The notes under the pieces are model-generated. The model searched no databases. It had not been told where the DNA came from and saw only the letters and a list, made by a program, of their open reading frames with translations. DNA of 64,000 bases, from NCBI RefSeq assembly GCF_009914755.1, contig NC_060932.1, one strand, 5' to 3'. Within the stretch, counting starts at the first letter, position 1; each line of letters begins with the position of its first letter. This DNA comes from the human T2T-CHM13v2.0 reference genome, Homo sapiens. Positions 16,691 through 30,450 of the stretch are shown piece after piece. The translations under genes and the position numbers were made by a program.

Positions 16691-17367
16691 GAATGACACA
16701 GAATTTGCTAAAGGGGGAGAAAGGGCTTTCTTCCAAAGCCCTTTCAGATGAAAATTAAGAAGCTCTTTGCAAGCACCTCAGAGGAGAACCCCTCACCCTG
16801 ATGAATCAGGCACAGGGGCGGATCCAAGACAACTGGCTGCGTGCATGTGAACAAGCCTATGGTGGAAATGCAGTGCTTTATTTGTTTGTGGTGGTTTAAT
16901 CACCAGGAGGGAGAAGCTTCTAAAGCAGCATTCAGAGGTGACTGTTGCCTGGGTTTTCTGGAAGGGGGAGGCGGTGAGGATGAGGGCTTCCATTTCATCT
17001 GCAGGCCCCGTGCAGAAGGAGCTGGGGAAAGCTTTGCAGCCATCTGCACACTGTTTGCCATCTTGTCTGGCTGGGCAGCCGAGCTCAAGATGGGGGCGGA
17101 TGGGATAGCTCTTGCCACCGTATTTGGACAGAGATGGCAGGGAAGTCAGCCCCCATGAAGAAGACAGGAGCGCACAGGTGCTGGGCAGTGCTGCCTAGGC
17201 CCCTGGGCTGAGGTGTCCAACCCCACAGCCTCTAGGTGCCACTAAAGCAGCCCGAGAGGATCTTCTCTGTCCATCTCCATCCTGGCACCTACAGACACTT
17301 GGAGAGAGTCCTTCACATGGGAACTCACAAATGCACACTGATAACCCCCACACGGAACTCTCATACG

Positions 17368-17550
17368 TAGCAAGTGAAAAGACAGGATGCCAGTTTAACT
17401 TGAATTTCAGATAAACAACAAATCATTTTTTAGGGTAAGCAGGTCCCAAATATTGCATGGGATATATTTGCACCAAAAAAAAAAAAAAAAAAAGGTTAAT
17501 GAGAAATTCAGGTTTAATTGGACTTCCTGTATTTTACCTGGCAAGCCTAA
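17368..17550. mobile_element. MER53-like palindromic DNA-transposon relic
   Basis: 'acaggatgccagtttaacttgaatttcagataaacaac...gtcccaaatattgcatggga...gaaattcaggtttaattggacttcctgtattttacctggcaagccta' with internal inverted symmetry. Confidence 0.75.
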
Positions 17551-18929
17551 CCCTGCATAAACACAACCTCGAGCTTGAAACTCACAGAAAAGCCACGGCC
17601 GTGCTCACACACGTGCACAAACCCATATGCCTTACAGAGTCAAGGGCTGTGATGAGGGTCCCCACCCTTGCACATTTCCCTGTCCTCTGTCTGGGCTCAG
17701 AGTAAACAGAGGGTCACCTGGCATCCAGGTCTAAGCTGGGCTTGGAGGTGTCCTAGTGAAGCAGGATGCTGACCTGCACTTCCCCAGGTCAGCTGGGACT
17801 GCAGCCAGGCCTAGCTTCCAGTCTCGGGCCTAGAACACACAGCACAGCCCCAGACCTTGGCAAGAAGGCTTCATCTCAAAAGCCACTAGTGCAGGAACTA
17901 TTAGAAGCCCCACTTCTTTCCTCTGTTTCTGCTGCCATTGCCCCAGTCTCTGACCCTGACACTCAATCACTCTATAAACACAGCAGGTACTAGGGGTGGC
18001 TCTGGGCTCGGCACTAAAGACAATGCCCCTGGTAAAGCCACAGTCTAGCAATGACAGTCAACCACCTATCAGCAACAGCCCTGCCCCACACGTGCTGACT
18101 GTGCACAAGGCCGGCACTGTGAACGTGCTCTCAACAGTGATCTCACTGAACCCTCATGGCAGCTCTAGGATGCAGACAGTAGCATCACATTATCCCCATT
18201 TTACTTTTGAGGAAACTGAGGCCTGAAGGCGGCAAATGCAGGCCTCGAGATTTGCAGTAACATTGCCAGGAATGTTTGAGAAAGCAAACTTCTCCAGAGT
18301 GAGGCAGTCTGCCAGAGCTCAGAAGCCAGAGTCCCTGTTAGCAGGGGCTGGGAGGACTGTGGGGTGGGGGCAGACAAGCAGGTAGGGGCTGGACCCCCCA
18401 GGACACCAGGGTGCAGACTGGTGTGAGTAAAAGAAAGAGAGGCGGTCGTGCCATCATCTGCAGAAGATGATGTCTACAGAGGACAGTACCATGTGAGCCC
18501 TTGGGGAGCTGGATGACTGGATGGAATTTTGCACAGGATGCAAATTAAGCACAGATACCCCTCTGACCTAGACAGCCCACCTCCAGGAACATCTCACAGA
18601 AATGCAGACACAGCACCAAGTGATGTGTGTAAGGAAATTCATCAGAACACCGTCTGTGATTGGGAAAAGGCGGAAACCATCCAAAGAAGTATCGGTGCAG
18701 GGCTGGTTAAACGAAGCAAGGTGCATCCACACGTCAGAATAACTGCTGGGAAAAGAAGGTGGTTCCCAGGTTCCAACGTGAGACAATGTCAAAGACATGC
18801 TGCCTGAAAAGCAGGCTTTCCAAAGAATAAATACGGCATTATTCCATTTTACTTTTTAAAAAAGTTACAATAAACACTTATGTGCAAATACATGTGCTTG
18901 CGTGCACAGAGGAAAAAGGTGTGGACAGG

Positions 18930-19215
18930 AACAGAAAACCAAACTCTGCGGGTTCTCACTCATAAGTGGGAGTTGAACAATGAGAACACATGGACACAGG
19001 GAGGGGAACATCACACACCGGGGCCTGTCGGGGGTGGGGGACAAGGCGAGGGGGAGCGTTAGGTCAAATACCTAATGCATGCGGGGCTTAAAACAAAGAT
19101 GACGGGTTGATAGGTGCAGCAAACCACCATGGCACATGTATATCTATGTAACAAACCTGCACGTTCTGCACATGTATCTCAGAACGTAGAATAAAAAGTA
19201 AACAGAAATCAAAGA
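18930..19215 (+). mobile_element. 5'-truncated L1PA 3' end
   Basis: 'ttctcactcataagtgggagttgaacaatgagaacacatggacacagggagggg...gcagcaaaccaccatggcacatgtatat...aacctgcacgttctgcacatgtat'; approximate TSD AAAAAGGTGTGGACAGG / AAAAAGCTGTGGAGAGG. Confidence 0.9.
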
Positions 19216-19321
19216 AAAAGCTGTGGAGAGGTATACCCCAACCCTTCCCAGTGTTACCTCTGAGAAGCAAGATCAAGAAAAGCAAGTCAAGAGGATGTTT
19301 AGTTTTTTGTTTTCTATATAA

Positions 19322-19693
19322 TTTTTTTTTTTTTTTGGAAACATAGTCTCCCTCTATTGCCCAGTCTGGAGTCCAGGGACACAATCTCGGCCCACTGCAA
19401 CCTCCTCCTCACTGCAACCTCCTCCTCACCGCAACCTCCTCCTCACCGCAACCTCCTCCTCACTGCAACCTGCTCCTCATTGCGGCTTACTCCTTCTGGG
19501 TTCCAGTGATTCTCTTGCCTCAGCCTCCCAAATAACTAGGATTACAGGTGCGCACCACCAAGCCTGGCTAACTTTTGTATTTTTTGTAGAGACAGGGTTT
19601 CACTATTTTGGCCAAGCTGGTCTCAAACTCCTGGCCCACCCGCCTTGGCCTCCAAAAGTGCTGAGATCACAGGTGTGAGCCACCATGCCTGGC
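19322..19693 (-). mobile_element. Alu containing an internal 17-bp minisatellite
   Basis: Antisense Alu with five tandem ACYGCAACCTSCTCCTC units at 19394-19478. Confidence 0.9.
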
Positions 19694-20188
19694 CTACATT
19701 GCTTGAATTCTCAGACCACATGGACCCTCTCATCTGGTCCAATTGCAACAGTCCAAGGCAGGAAAGGCAGAAGGCAGGGGCTTACCCCTCCGTCAGGACA
19801 ACATAGAACAGAGTCAAAAAAGAAAAACATGAATGGATCAGTCAAAGGGCCGTTCACATGCCCTCCCAGGCACCTACACCTTGCAGCTTAAGCCAACAAG
19901 CTTTCAAGCCACAGAGTCTTCCTTCCTAGAGACTAGCAAGGACACAAGCCCTGGCCAGGCCCCTTCAGGAGGATGGTCTGAGGTATAAGGTGGGGTGCAC
20001 AGTCAGGGGTAGCAGGAGGAAAGGGGGACACGAAGCCAAGGAAACCAGGGCATCCCATGCTTCCTGAAGGCCACCAGAACAGGGCACCACACAGAGCCCC
20101 TGTGTACCTCTTTCTACAACAGCCTGAACACAAGGAAAAGGAAAACAAGGAAAATACACAAAACCCAGCCTCACCTGGAGCAGGTTAA

Positions 20189-20749
<561 letters not shown>

Positions 20750-21539
20750 TGAGGTCTAGAGGGTCAGAGGGAGCCAGACTCCCTACAGAAGCTAAGGCGG
20801 GAGACCTGTGCTGTGATGTGGGTAATCTGCCCCCTTCCAGCTGGGGCCAAATAGAAGGGGGAAAGGCTGCCCCCAGAATACAGGGCTCTCAGAGGCCCTG
20901 GGGATCTGTGCTGGCAGTCAGGAGGACTGTCACCTCAGTGCAGTTGCCTGCAAGGAGGGCTGTGCAGGAAGCTGCATGTTGCTCAGAGAACAAAAAAAGG
21001 AAATGAAATGCACCATCTCGTTATTAGCATGAGCTTTTGAGGCAGACACTTAAATATGCATGCCTAGACATTGTAAAACTTGGGGGAAATGTTAATTTCA
21101 ATAACGCCAGTTCTTGAGCTTGCAGAAACCATTCTTTTATCTCCCTTCCTAGTCATTTAGGGGCTCCATCACTCAGAGTGGCAGCGCCAAGACAGCCGGC
21201 CTCACTGGGTTTTGTAAGCTGTGCAAGGTGAGATCCCAAGCCCTTACCTGGAGACCCATCTTAGGAAAATGTTAGAACAGGGCAACAAGTTGCCATTTCC
21301 TCCCTCCTTTCTCTTCCCCATACAAAAATCAGAAAGCACACTAGCCCAGTGCCCAGCCACAGTGATGAGGAAACCCCACTCAAAATCCTGGGTTGTGCTC
21401 CTGATACCAAAGATCTGCAAAATTGGGACTCACCTGCTGCAACCCCAGCCCAGACGTGTGTACATTTCAGGGGTGGCTGGACTCATGGCCGCCTGTAACG
21501 TCAGGGTGGTACAAAGTCCTCTTAATCTAAGACTGTCGG

Positions 21540-21770
21540 GGTACAAAGATAAGCATTTTTTTTTCCTTTTTCTTGAGAGCCAGATGGTAAATAGTTCAGC
21601 TTTGCAGGCCATAGGTCTCTGTCCCAACTCTCCAACTCTCCATTGTAGCAGGAAAGCAGCCACAGACAATATGCACTGAAATGGGTGTGGCTGTGTTCCA
21701 ATAAAACTTTATATGTATGAACAGGCAGGGAGCTGGTTCTGGCCTGTGGGCTACAGCCTGCCTCCTCTGC
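21540..21770. mobile_element. MER58A-like DNA transposon relic
   Basis: 'gccagatggtaaatagttcagctttgcaggccata...gaaagcagccacagacaata...aaatgggtgtggctgtgttccaataaaactttat'. Confidence 0.8.
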
Positions 21771-22167
21771 TACAGCGTGATCTCCAAGGACCGATCCGTC
21801 TTGTAGACCAGCAGCTGGCACACAGGAGCTGCTCAGATACTTGAAGGAGGAATGGAGAAGGCAAACAGCCCCCAGTATGCAGACGTGAGGGTCTCCCAGC
21901 GGCACCATCCTTTGCCATCTCATGCCGAGGGACAAAGACAGAGCAGAGCTCTCCACCAAGGCTGGGTTCTCCTCCAAGGAAATGTGATAACAGGACAGAA
22001 AGCATCGTGGAAGGATAGGGGCTTTGGAGTCCCACAAACCACAGTTTGCAAGACCAGGAGCATCCTGCACTTCCTTGCACACATCCTGGGTGGGTGCTGG
22101 AGCATCTAGACTTAGAGTGAATCTTCTCCCCCTCCTCCCCCAACTGGCCTCCATTAAACTTCCAGCA

Positions 22168-22980
22168 ACAATGTGGTGTATGTACACAATGGAATACTAT
22201 TCAGCCTTCAAAAAGAAGGAAATCCTGCCATTTGAGACAACATGGATGAGCCTGCAGGATATTATGTTAAGTGAAATAAGCCAGGCACAGAACAACAAAT
22301 ACCACATTATCTCACTTACATGTGGAATCTAAAAAAGTTGAACTCAGCCAGACATGGTGGCTCATGCCTGTAATCCCAGCACTTTGGGAAGTTGAGGCTG
22401 GTACATTGCTTGAGCACAGCAGTTCGAGACCAGCCTGCATAACATAGCAATAGCCCATCTCTACAAAAAATACAAAAATTATTGGAGCATGGTAGTGCAT
22501 GCCTGTACTCCCAGATACTCAGGAGGCTGAGGTGGGAGGATTGATTGAACTTGGGACGTCAAGGCTGCAGTGAGCCAAGATCACACCCCTGCACTACAGC
22601 CTGGGCAATAGAAGGAGATTGTCTCAAAAAAAAGAAAGAAAAAGAAAAGAAAAAAGTTGAATTCATAGAAGTGTAGTAGAATGATGGTTGCCAGAGTGGG
22701 GAAGTGGGCAGATGCCAAAGGACACAGAATGTCATTTTTAGAGAAGAATAAGTTCAGGAGATCCGTGGGACAACATGGTACCTATAGTTAATAACAACAT
22801 ATCATACACTTGGAAATCACTAAGAGAGTAGATTTTTTAAGTGTTCTCACCACAAAAAAATAAGTCTTGGAGGTGATATGTTATTTACCTTGATTTAGCC
22901 ATTTCATAATGTACACATACTTCAATCACATCATGTTGTATACCCTTTTGTACATAATTTTTGCCAATTCAATAAATTCA
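22168..22980 (+). mobile_element. L1M 3' end interrupted by an AluJ-like element (~22348-22655)
   Basis: 'aatgtggtgtatgtacacaatggaatactattcagcc...gaaatcctgccatttgagacaacatggatg...aagtgaaataagccaggcacag'; resumes after the Alu and ends in 'caataaa'. Confidence 0.85.
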
Positions 22981-23044
22981 ACAACTCCAAAAAACAAGAC
23001 ATTCTCTTTACAAAAATAATTATTAAAAATAAAATTCAGAATTC

Positions 23045-23352
<308 letters not shown>

Positions 23353-23582
23353 AGAATATAAAAGATGGTTTAATTCAACTAAAACATTAAAACATAGATT
23401 ATTTCTATAAGTGTTAATTGTTCTAATATGTTTTGGTCAAAATAGTCTCCTTACCTATCCACAATTAAATGGTTAATTGACATTTGATTGGATTTTGATG
23501 AAGTTTTCAAATCATGATTGACTTTTCCAATGTATAGTAAAATGTGCTTGAAAATATTTCATAAAAATTAATATTTAAAAAT

Positions 23583-23790
<208 letters not shown>

Positions 23791-25131
23791 CTCCCCAGGC
23801 TTAAAGCAAAACCCCCATCTTGTCTGTCTCCACTCTCATCCCAGGCAATCGCGGTCATTTCCACAGCCTCAACCACTGTCTACCTGGGATGCCTCCCAAG
23901 CCCGAGTCTCCAGCCCAAATCTGCCTTCCTAGCCCCAGACCCATCTGTCCTGGCACACATTGCCCCCTGGGTCCCAAGCAACCTCAGCCAATGAGTCCAA
24001 CGTCAACTTCCTGTCCTTGCCTGACACTAACAGCCCTGAGATCAGACCTGACCATTCACCTCCAGTACCAGATAGGTCCGTCAGTCCTTTGGAACATATC
24101 CCACGAACATTCCCCAAACCAGGCACCGGACTCCACACATCAACACCGTCACGTGAGTCACCAGCATCCCTGGCAGGGACCCCTGTCCCAGCCTCCAAAT
24201 CATCTCCTTCCTGTCCCTTGAGTTCTGTGTCACATTCCAGAGGCCACAAGAAGAAAAATGACAACCTTACTGAAATTAAAAGAATTGAGAAGACATCTCC
24301 ATATGGTCCAAAGTCTTTCCAACTGAGAAACACATATCAAGATCCAGCCTGCCAACCCTGGGGTTAAATGTTCCTGAAATAATTAAAGCCCAGGGCAACA
24401 CAGCCCCCATTCCAAAGTACTCCCAACATAGTAAGACTTGCTTCTCTGGATGGGCTCGAAATGTCCAGTGTGTACCCTGCCCCTCTCTGTCGTAGCTAAC
24501 AGGAATGTGTTTCATGTCTTCTTCCTGCTCGAAGGACCATCCACCAACCTGTGCAGGCAGCACTTTTGGCCAGGGGAGGATGCGAGAACTTCCCACCATT
24601 TCCCACTTACGCACTGCATTCCTCAGGAGCCTGCCTCACAAATTACAAGAGCGCCACAGCAGACACAACACGTTCCAGCAGGTGGCCATGTCTTCATGTC
24701 AGCTTGAAAGATCATCACCAGGGAAATATCTACATCTCGGCAGAGAGAGCTTCAGCCTGTGTAGTCCAGCTGTGCTCAAATGGAAATCCAGAAACCCAGA
24801 TGTTGGTCCAAACACCCTGTCTCAGGGAGCTGGCTCTGCAGGTCCCCAGCGTGGGAGTGAACTGGGTGGGCCACCTGCCCTTCCTGCCCACATCCCTGCT
24901 TCCTGGAATCCTGGACCCTGAGAACCAGGGGGACATGGTGGGGAACAGGCAAGTCTTGTGCAGAAAGCCAAGATGCCACCCAAATCCACTCTGCAGTCTA
25001 GGTGGGTGACATTCTGCTCTGCACCACACCAGTACATGAGGGGATGGAGGATGGAGTCTAGACAACCCAAATGTAGAAAGATATTGCCCAAGTATTTTGT
25101 GATTTGTCTGTGTTACAATGCTATGCCCAGC

Positions 25132-25436
<305 letters not shown>

Positions 25437-27224
25437 CTATGCCCAGCATTTTCAATGTACTGTCTTATTATCTCAGTAAATCCCATGTAACCTTCCTATG
25501 AAAGTGTATCTCATTTATCTCCATTTCATAGATGAGAAACCTGAGGCCCCTGGAGTTGTATTAATTTTCCAAGACTGCATTGCTGATAAAGAGTACAGCA
25601 GGGACCCAAGCTTGACACTCTCACCCTCAAACATTTCCACAAGTGTAGACCAATGGCTCTCAACTGGAGTGGTTTGGCTCACGTACAACTCCCTTGCTCC
25701 ACGGCATTTGAAACCATCTGGAGACATCTGGAGTAGCCATAACTGGGAGGGTAAAATGGTACCTAGAGGATGGAGACCACAGATGCTGCTAACCATCTTA
25801 CAATACACAGGACGGCCTCCCCACCACCACCACCACCATGAATGGTCTGACCCCAAATGTTGTGACTGTGCCAAAGCGGAGAAACCCAGATTTCTCCTCA
25901 GCAAGAAGGAAAATCCCTGCAACGTGGATGCACCTCTGCAGGAATCCCTCTGCAGGAGCCCCAAGATGAGAATAACCTTCCTGATCTGGTTTCAACCCTG
26001 GATGCTTTCAACTGGTGCGTCCATCAAGGATTTCAGGGACTCCAGTGAGTTATTATCCTCGAATGCTCGGTTCTGCCTGACAACCCAGAAATCTCTGACA
26101 AGATGCCTGGTCTTGGGGAAGGCTCAGCAAGTGGTTGAGGTTGATAACCAAATACCTAGGAGAGACTTTGCTCTCCCTCCAGGAGGAGCTGTGGGTCAGA
26201 CACACCCTGGGATCATTCACAAGTTGTCAATAAAGACTTGGGGAGGGCCAGGTTTTCTAGGCCTTCTCAATGGGGTCGGTGTTTGTGGATACACAAGAAG
26301 CCTGTGAAACTTCTCATATTGGCAGGAAATCAATGCCCCCCACCCTCCACCTCCCCACATCCCCACTATAAACACATGCCCTGCAGCAGGACTTGACACT
26401 CAGGGGCTCCTGGGGTCCCGATTTATCTGCTAAAACATCCTCTAGCCACCACCGAATAAAGAAACCCCTTGCCACCCAACCACAAGAGCACAGCCTGGGA
26501 GCCACTCCAAGGGACACCAAGTCACATTAAAACCTCAGCCATCCAGAGCACCAGGCCTGGTGATGAGAAAGAACATTTTATCCTTAAAAGCATCTGAATG
26601 CCCATGCTGCTTCTTATAGAGAAAAGTCCAAAATAATCTGATATTAAAGAACGAGGATGGTTTTGGCATTTTTACCAAGCTAGTGGTCTACGCAGACAAA
26701 ATCTCATAAAAGGGCACTCTGTTCTTCTTGATCCACTCAGACATGGCCTGTGAGTGAAGAAACCGGCTCTTGTCCTCAAAGAAATCACTGCTGATCCTCG
26801 TACCAGCCTGACACTGCTTCATGGGTTCTTCAGAAAGAGTATTTCCATAGAAACTAAAAAGGAAGAGGAATGTGTCTGGCGGGCATTGTGGGCAGCAGTG
26901 GGCTTTGGGCCAAATTTTAAGTTTGAAAATCAAGATTCCCTCTTTTCAAGGGGCCACTGGACTGAGCAGATACAGACACCGTGAAAAGAGGGTGCCATGT
27001 TCAGATTCAGGAAACAAGGATGGTTTCTATTCAGTTCCTCCATCATCCTTCAGGTCATGCGATTCCCATTACCCTCTGTGGACCAAACAATTCAGTGGGG
27101 TTTCTGTCTTTTAAATATTTCATTATCAACATATCATCCTTTTAGCCTCCAGAAAGCATTTTAACATGGAGATTCTGGCTTAAGACTCTTGTGGGTCTGT
27201 CTGTCTCTCTCTCTCTCTCTGTCT

Positions 27225-27386
27225 TTTCCTTGAAACAGGATCCCACTTTGTCACCCAGGCTGGAGTGCAGTGGCATGATCACAGCTCACTGCAGCCCGAC
27301 CTTCCAGGCTCTAGCAATCCTCCCACCTCAGCCTCCAAAGTACTTGGGACTACAGGCACACACCACCATACTTGGCTTTTGTTTTG

Positions 27387-27417
<31 letters not shown>

Positions 27418-27535
27418 GGTAGATATGAGGCTTCACCATGTTGCCCTGGCTCCTGTTAAACTGCTGGGCTCAAGCGATCCCCCCTTCACCCTCTCAAAGT
27501 GCTGGGATTATTGGCTTGAGCCACCACGCCCGGCC
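27225..27535 (-). mobile_element. AluJ-like element (duplicated at ~34255-34550)
   Basis: Antisense Alu; the linker is (TTTTG)n in copy 1 and (TTTTA)-like in copy 2. Confidence 0.88.
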
Positions 27536-28094
27536 AAGGACCTTGTCTCTTGTGATGCACCCCAGAACAAAACATCACTGCAAAAACACACTAAGGCATG
27601 AGTTTCAGTCCTGAGTCCCATTTATCCGCCATACACTATGTGCCAGGCACAACGCTAAGTGCTTCTATGGACGAGTTTCCCTTAATCTCAGCAGTAACAA
27701 CCGCAGGCACTGGGGTCTGTAGACCGATCCATTTGCCACTGAAGACAGTAAGGCTCATAGAGGGTAAGTGGCTTGTGCCATGTCAGCCAGCGAAGGAGGG
27801 GCAGAACCAGGATCCAAACCCCAGCTGCCTGGCTCCAGACTCGTGTTCCCAAGGTCCCACTACGCTCGGTCACCTTACTGCATTATAGTATCCTGGTCTT
27901 TGGCAGAGTCCACGTAAAAGAAGGAGGTAGAGGGAGTGAGAGGGCCTTCACGCAATAAAGTTTCCCGGCGTTACACTGCCACCGTAATTGTGTTCCCGAT
28001 CAGGACCTCTCCCTTCTTATCCTGTCCGTGATTGGCCCTGGAAAACCTTCCAGAGAACTGTCCTCCTTCTCCTGGGATCTCAGAGAAAATTCAC

Positions 28095-29962
28095 CTGAGT
28101 TCAGTGTCCAGGTGACCCAAGCTCTGAATGCAGTAACGAGCACAGGGAGATGAGGATGTCACCATGAGAAAGCCTCCCAGGCAGCATCCGGGAGCAACCC
28201 CAAGACTGGGCAGGGGGGCTCTGATGCAGCCCACGGCGAGGAGGGCTGCCCATGCTGCCTAAATGGGTTCAGAATGAAGGCCGCCCTCTCTCCCATGTGG
28301 GGCTCATTAACCACGAATCCAATTATTAAGACAAGCTCAGTTAAGTAAATGGTCAAACATAAAAACATGTGGAAGGAACAAAGAGGTCAACCCCATTATC
28401 CATCAAAAACCATCAAGGTGGCGGCCCTCACTGAGGGGTACAGTTCTCCAGCTGGCCTTCATCTGCCCTCCAAACCCACATGCCTCCCCAGTGGAAGGCC
28501 AGCAAAGCCACACAGGAAGATTTGGGGTAGGAAAGCAGAAAGTGAACCCCAGGAGGCCAGGCTGGCCACGGAGCCCCATCCCACACACACAGGCCCGGTG
28601 ACTCAGGGGCCCACGTGTGCAGGACACCGGGAGGTCATAGGGACAGCGCCCCAGGGAATGCAAGGAACTTTGCCTCTCTGTCCCTCTCTGTAGGGATGGA
28701 AAGAGAACGATTTCTGGGATGGAAGCCATCTGCCTCCTCTCAACTCTGGCTGCCTAACTAGAAAGGGAAAAAAAAAACAGGAAGATGCGGGACAGGTGAC
28801 GAGCTGGGTGAGCGCCACCAGCCCGCAGCCCAGCAGAGCAGGGCTTGGCCAAGCCTGGCACCAGGGACTTCCCCCCTGCCCCCACCACAGGCCCCTCGCC
28901 AGGTGAGAGGCACCGACAGAGTCCCAGACAGATGCCCCAGACAGGATGCCCAGGGCAACCCCCGCCCCTTCCCCTGCTGGGGGCCCCCAGGACGCGGGGC
29001 TCCCCCTCCCCTTTTGGCCAGCTGCAGAGTCCAGCGGGTATCCCAGCCAGGGACGTCGTGGGAGAATCAGGAAGTCAAAGCCACACAGCCGAGAAGGGGC
29101 AGCTGGCGTCTCGGAGGCCGTCACCAGCTGTCACTCCGTGCCGCCGGAGTTGCCGCTCAGTAACCAACTTCAACCCGGAACCGGCCACGGAGCCTCCCGC
29201 CGCCTCTACCCCGCGTCCCCGGCACCTCCGCGCCCCCGGACCCCCGCGCCCGCGTCACTTACTCCTCTGCCGTCGCCACCTGTCTGGGTGCCGGTGTCCT
29301 CCTTGCCCGGCCGCAGCGCGTCCTCCCCGTCCTCGCAGTCCTCGGGCTGTGCGCTTCCCCCCTCCAGCAACAGCCGCAGCCTCTTCTCTTCAGGAGGGAC
29401 GTCGTCCTCCTCCCTCCTGGGCCGGCCATCCCTGCCTCGGGGCTTGCCAGTGGCTTCGGAGCTGCCGGAAGGGCTGGCCACGGCTCCAGGGGCTCTGCCT
29501 GCACTTGGGGAAAAAGAAGCACCCGGGGCGAGCGTCCTCTCGGCGGAGCTGGGGCGTCTGAGCGCGAGCTTGCTGGGTCCGCGAGGCGCGGAGCTGGGCA
29601 TCGGGGCGGGCGCGGGCTCCTCCGCGGGCCGCTCCTGGCTCTCTGGCGCCGTCTGCTGGCCTCTCCCGCGCAGCGCGGACACGCCGGGCCCGGGCCTGCG
29701 CCGCGCTCACCTGTCCTGGCCCAGGAGGTCGCTGTCCCTTGCCCGTGGCCAGGCCCGCTCTGGCCAGGCCCTGCACCTCCTCCCCGCCCCAGCCAGGTTG
29801 CACTCCGATGGTCTCCCTGCCCAAGGAGGAGAGAAGACAAGGGACGCCCCGAGAGGGTAGACATAGGCCACAGCCACCTTGTCTTTGCTCTTACCCTGTT
29901 TCTTCCATGATTTGGAGGTGGTGGGAAAACCGAGGCTGCTCAAAACTCGTGGAGAATTCCGC
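28095..29962 (-). other. Candidate spliced transcription unit of unknown identity, copy 1 (predicted exons 29962-29895, 29816-29711, 29498-29263, 28123-28095)
   Basis: Donors GG|GTAAGA, CAG|GTGAGC, GA|GTAAGT and CAG|GTGAAT; pyrimidine-rich ...CAG acceptors; Kozak-type ATCATGG at 29908; the joined frame is open. No transcript or homology evidence. Confidence 0.4.
28980..29860. promoter_or_regulatory. CpG island, copy 1
   Basis: Very GC-rich with dense CG dinucleotides (cgcg, ccgg, gcgc) in non-Alu sequence. Confidence 0.8.
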
Positions 29963-29999
29963 CTGCAGGATGACATGAATGCACCTTCCCATTGCCTAC

Positions 30000-30450
30000 C
30001 AACAGATCTTTTTTGAGCATCACTGTGGACCAGGTGTGGTGATGGGGGAGGGGATATTGTGGTGAACATGACAGGCATTGCATTCACCCAGTGGGGCTCA
30101 GCGCTGGGTGGGAAGGCATTGAGAATGGACATTGTCAACTCGGCCAAAGGAGGCCAAGGAGAAGTGCTGGGGGCATGGGAACTGAAAAAGACAGGAGGCT
30201 CAGCAGGTCTTGGAACTGGGAAAGTGACAGCAGCAGCGGCTGTTCCAAAGGAAGCAACAGCTGAGAGAGGTCTCAGAGAGTTGTTCTCAGCCCAGTGGAG
30301 GGTGTTCAGGCAGAGGGAACAGCGTGTGCAAAAGCCCAGAGGCTGGGAAAGAAGCAGAAAGAGGACTGTGGGGCTGGAGCGTGGTGGGCAAGGGGCGACA
30401 GGCGTGGTGGGCGGACAGATTGCCTGGGACCCAGCCGTGCAGGGGCAGAG
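30000..30450 (-). mobile_element. L2 3'-region relic (duplicated at ~36147-36600)
   Basis: 'caacagatctttttgagcatcactgtggaccagg' and 'ggcagagggaacagcgtgtgcaaaagcccagaggc...gtggggctggagcg' are typical antisense L2 motifs. Confidence 0.65.

Noticed and set aside
16793-17158. Overlapping 66-105 aa ORFs in non-repeat-looking sequence with two E-box motifs
   Set aside because: No recognisable protein similarity or clear exon boundaries; regulatory function cannot be supported from sequence alone.
24605-24800. Possible further minus-strand exon ending at GC|GTAAGT (~24610)
   Set aside because: An isolated donor motif with no convincing acceptor or reading frame.
25498-26307. 269-aa ORF with a poly-His run
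   Set aside because: It begins in MIR/MER20-like sequence, is split across frames in copy 2, and has no recognisable domain.
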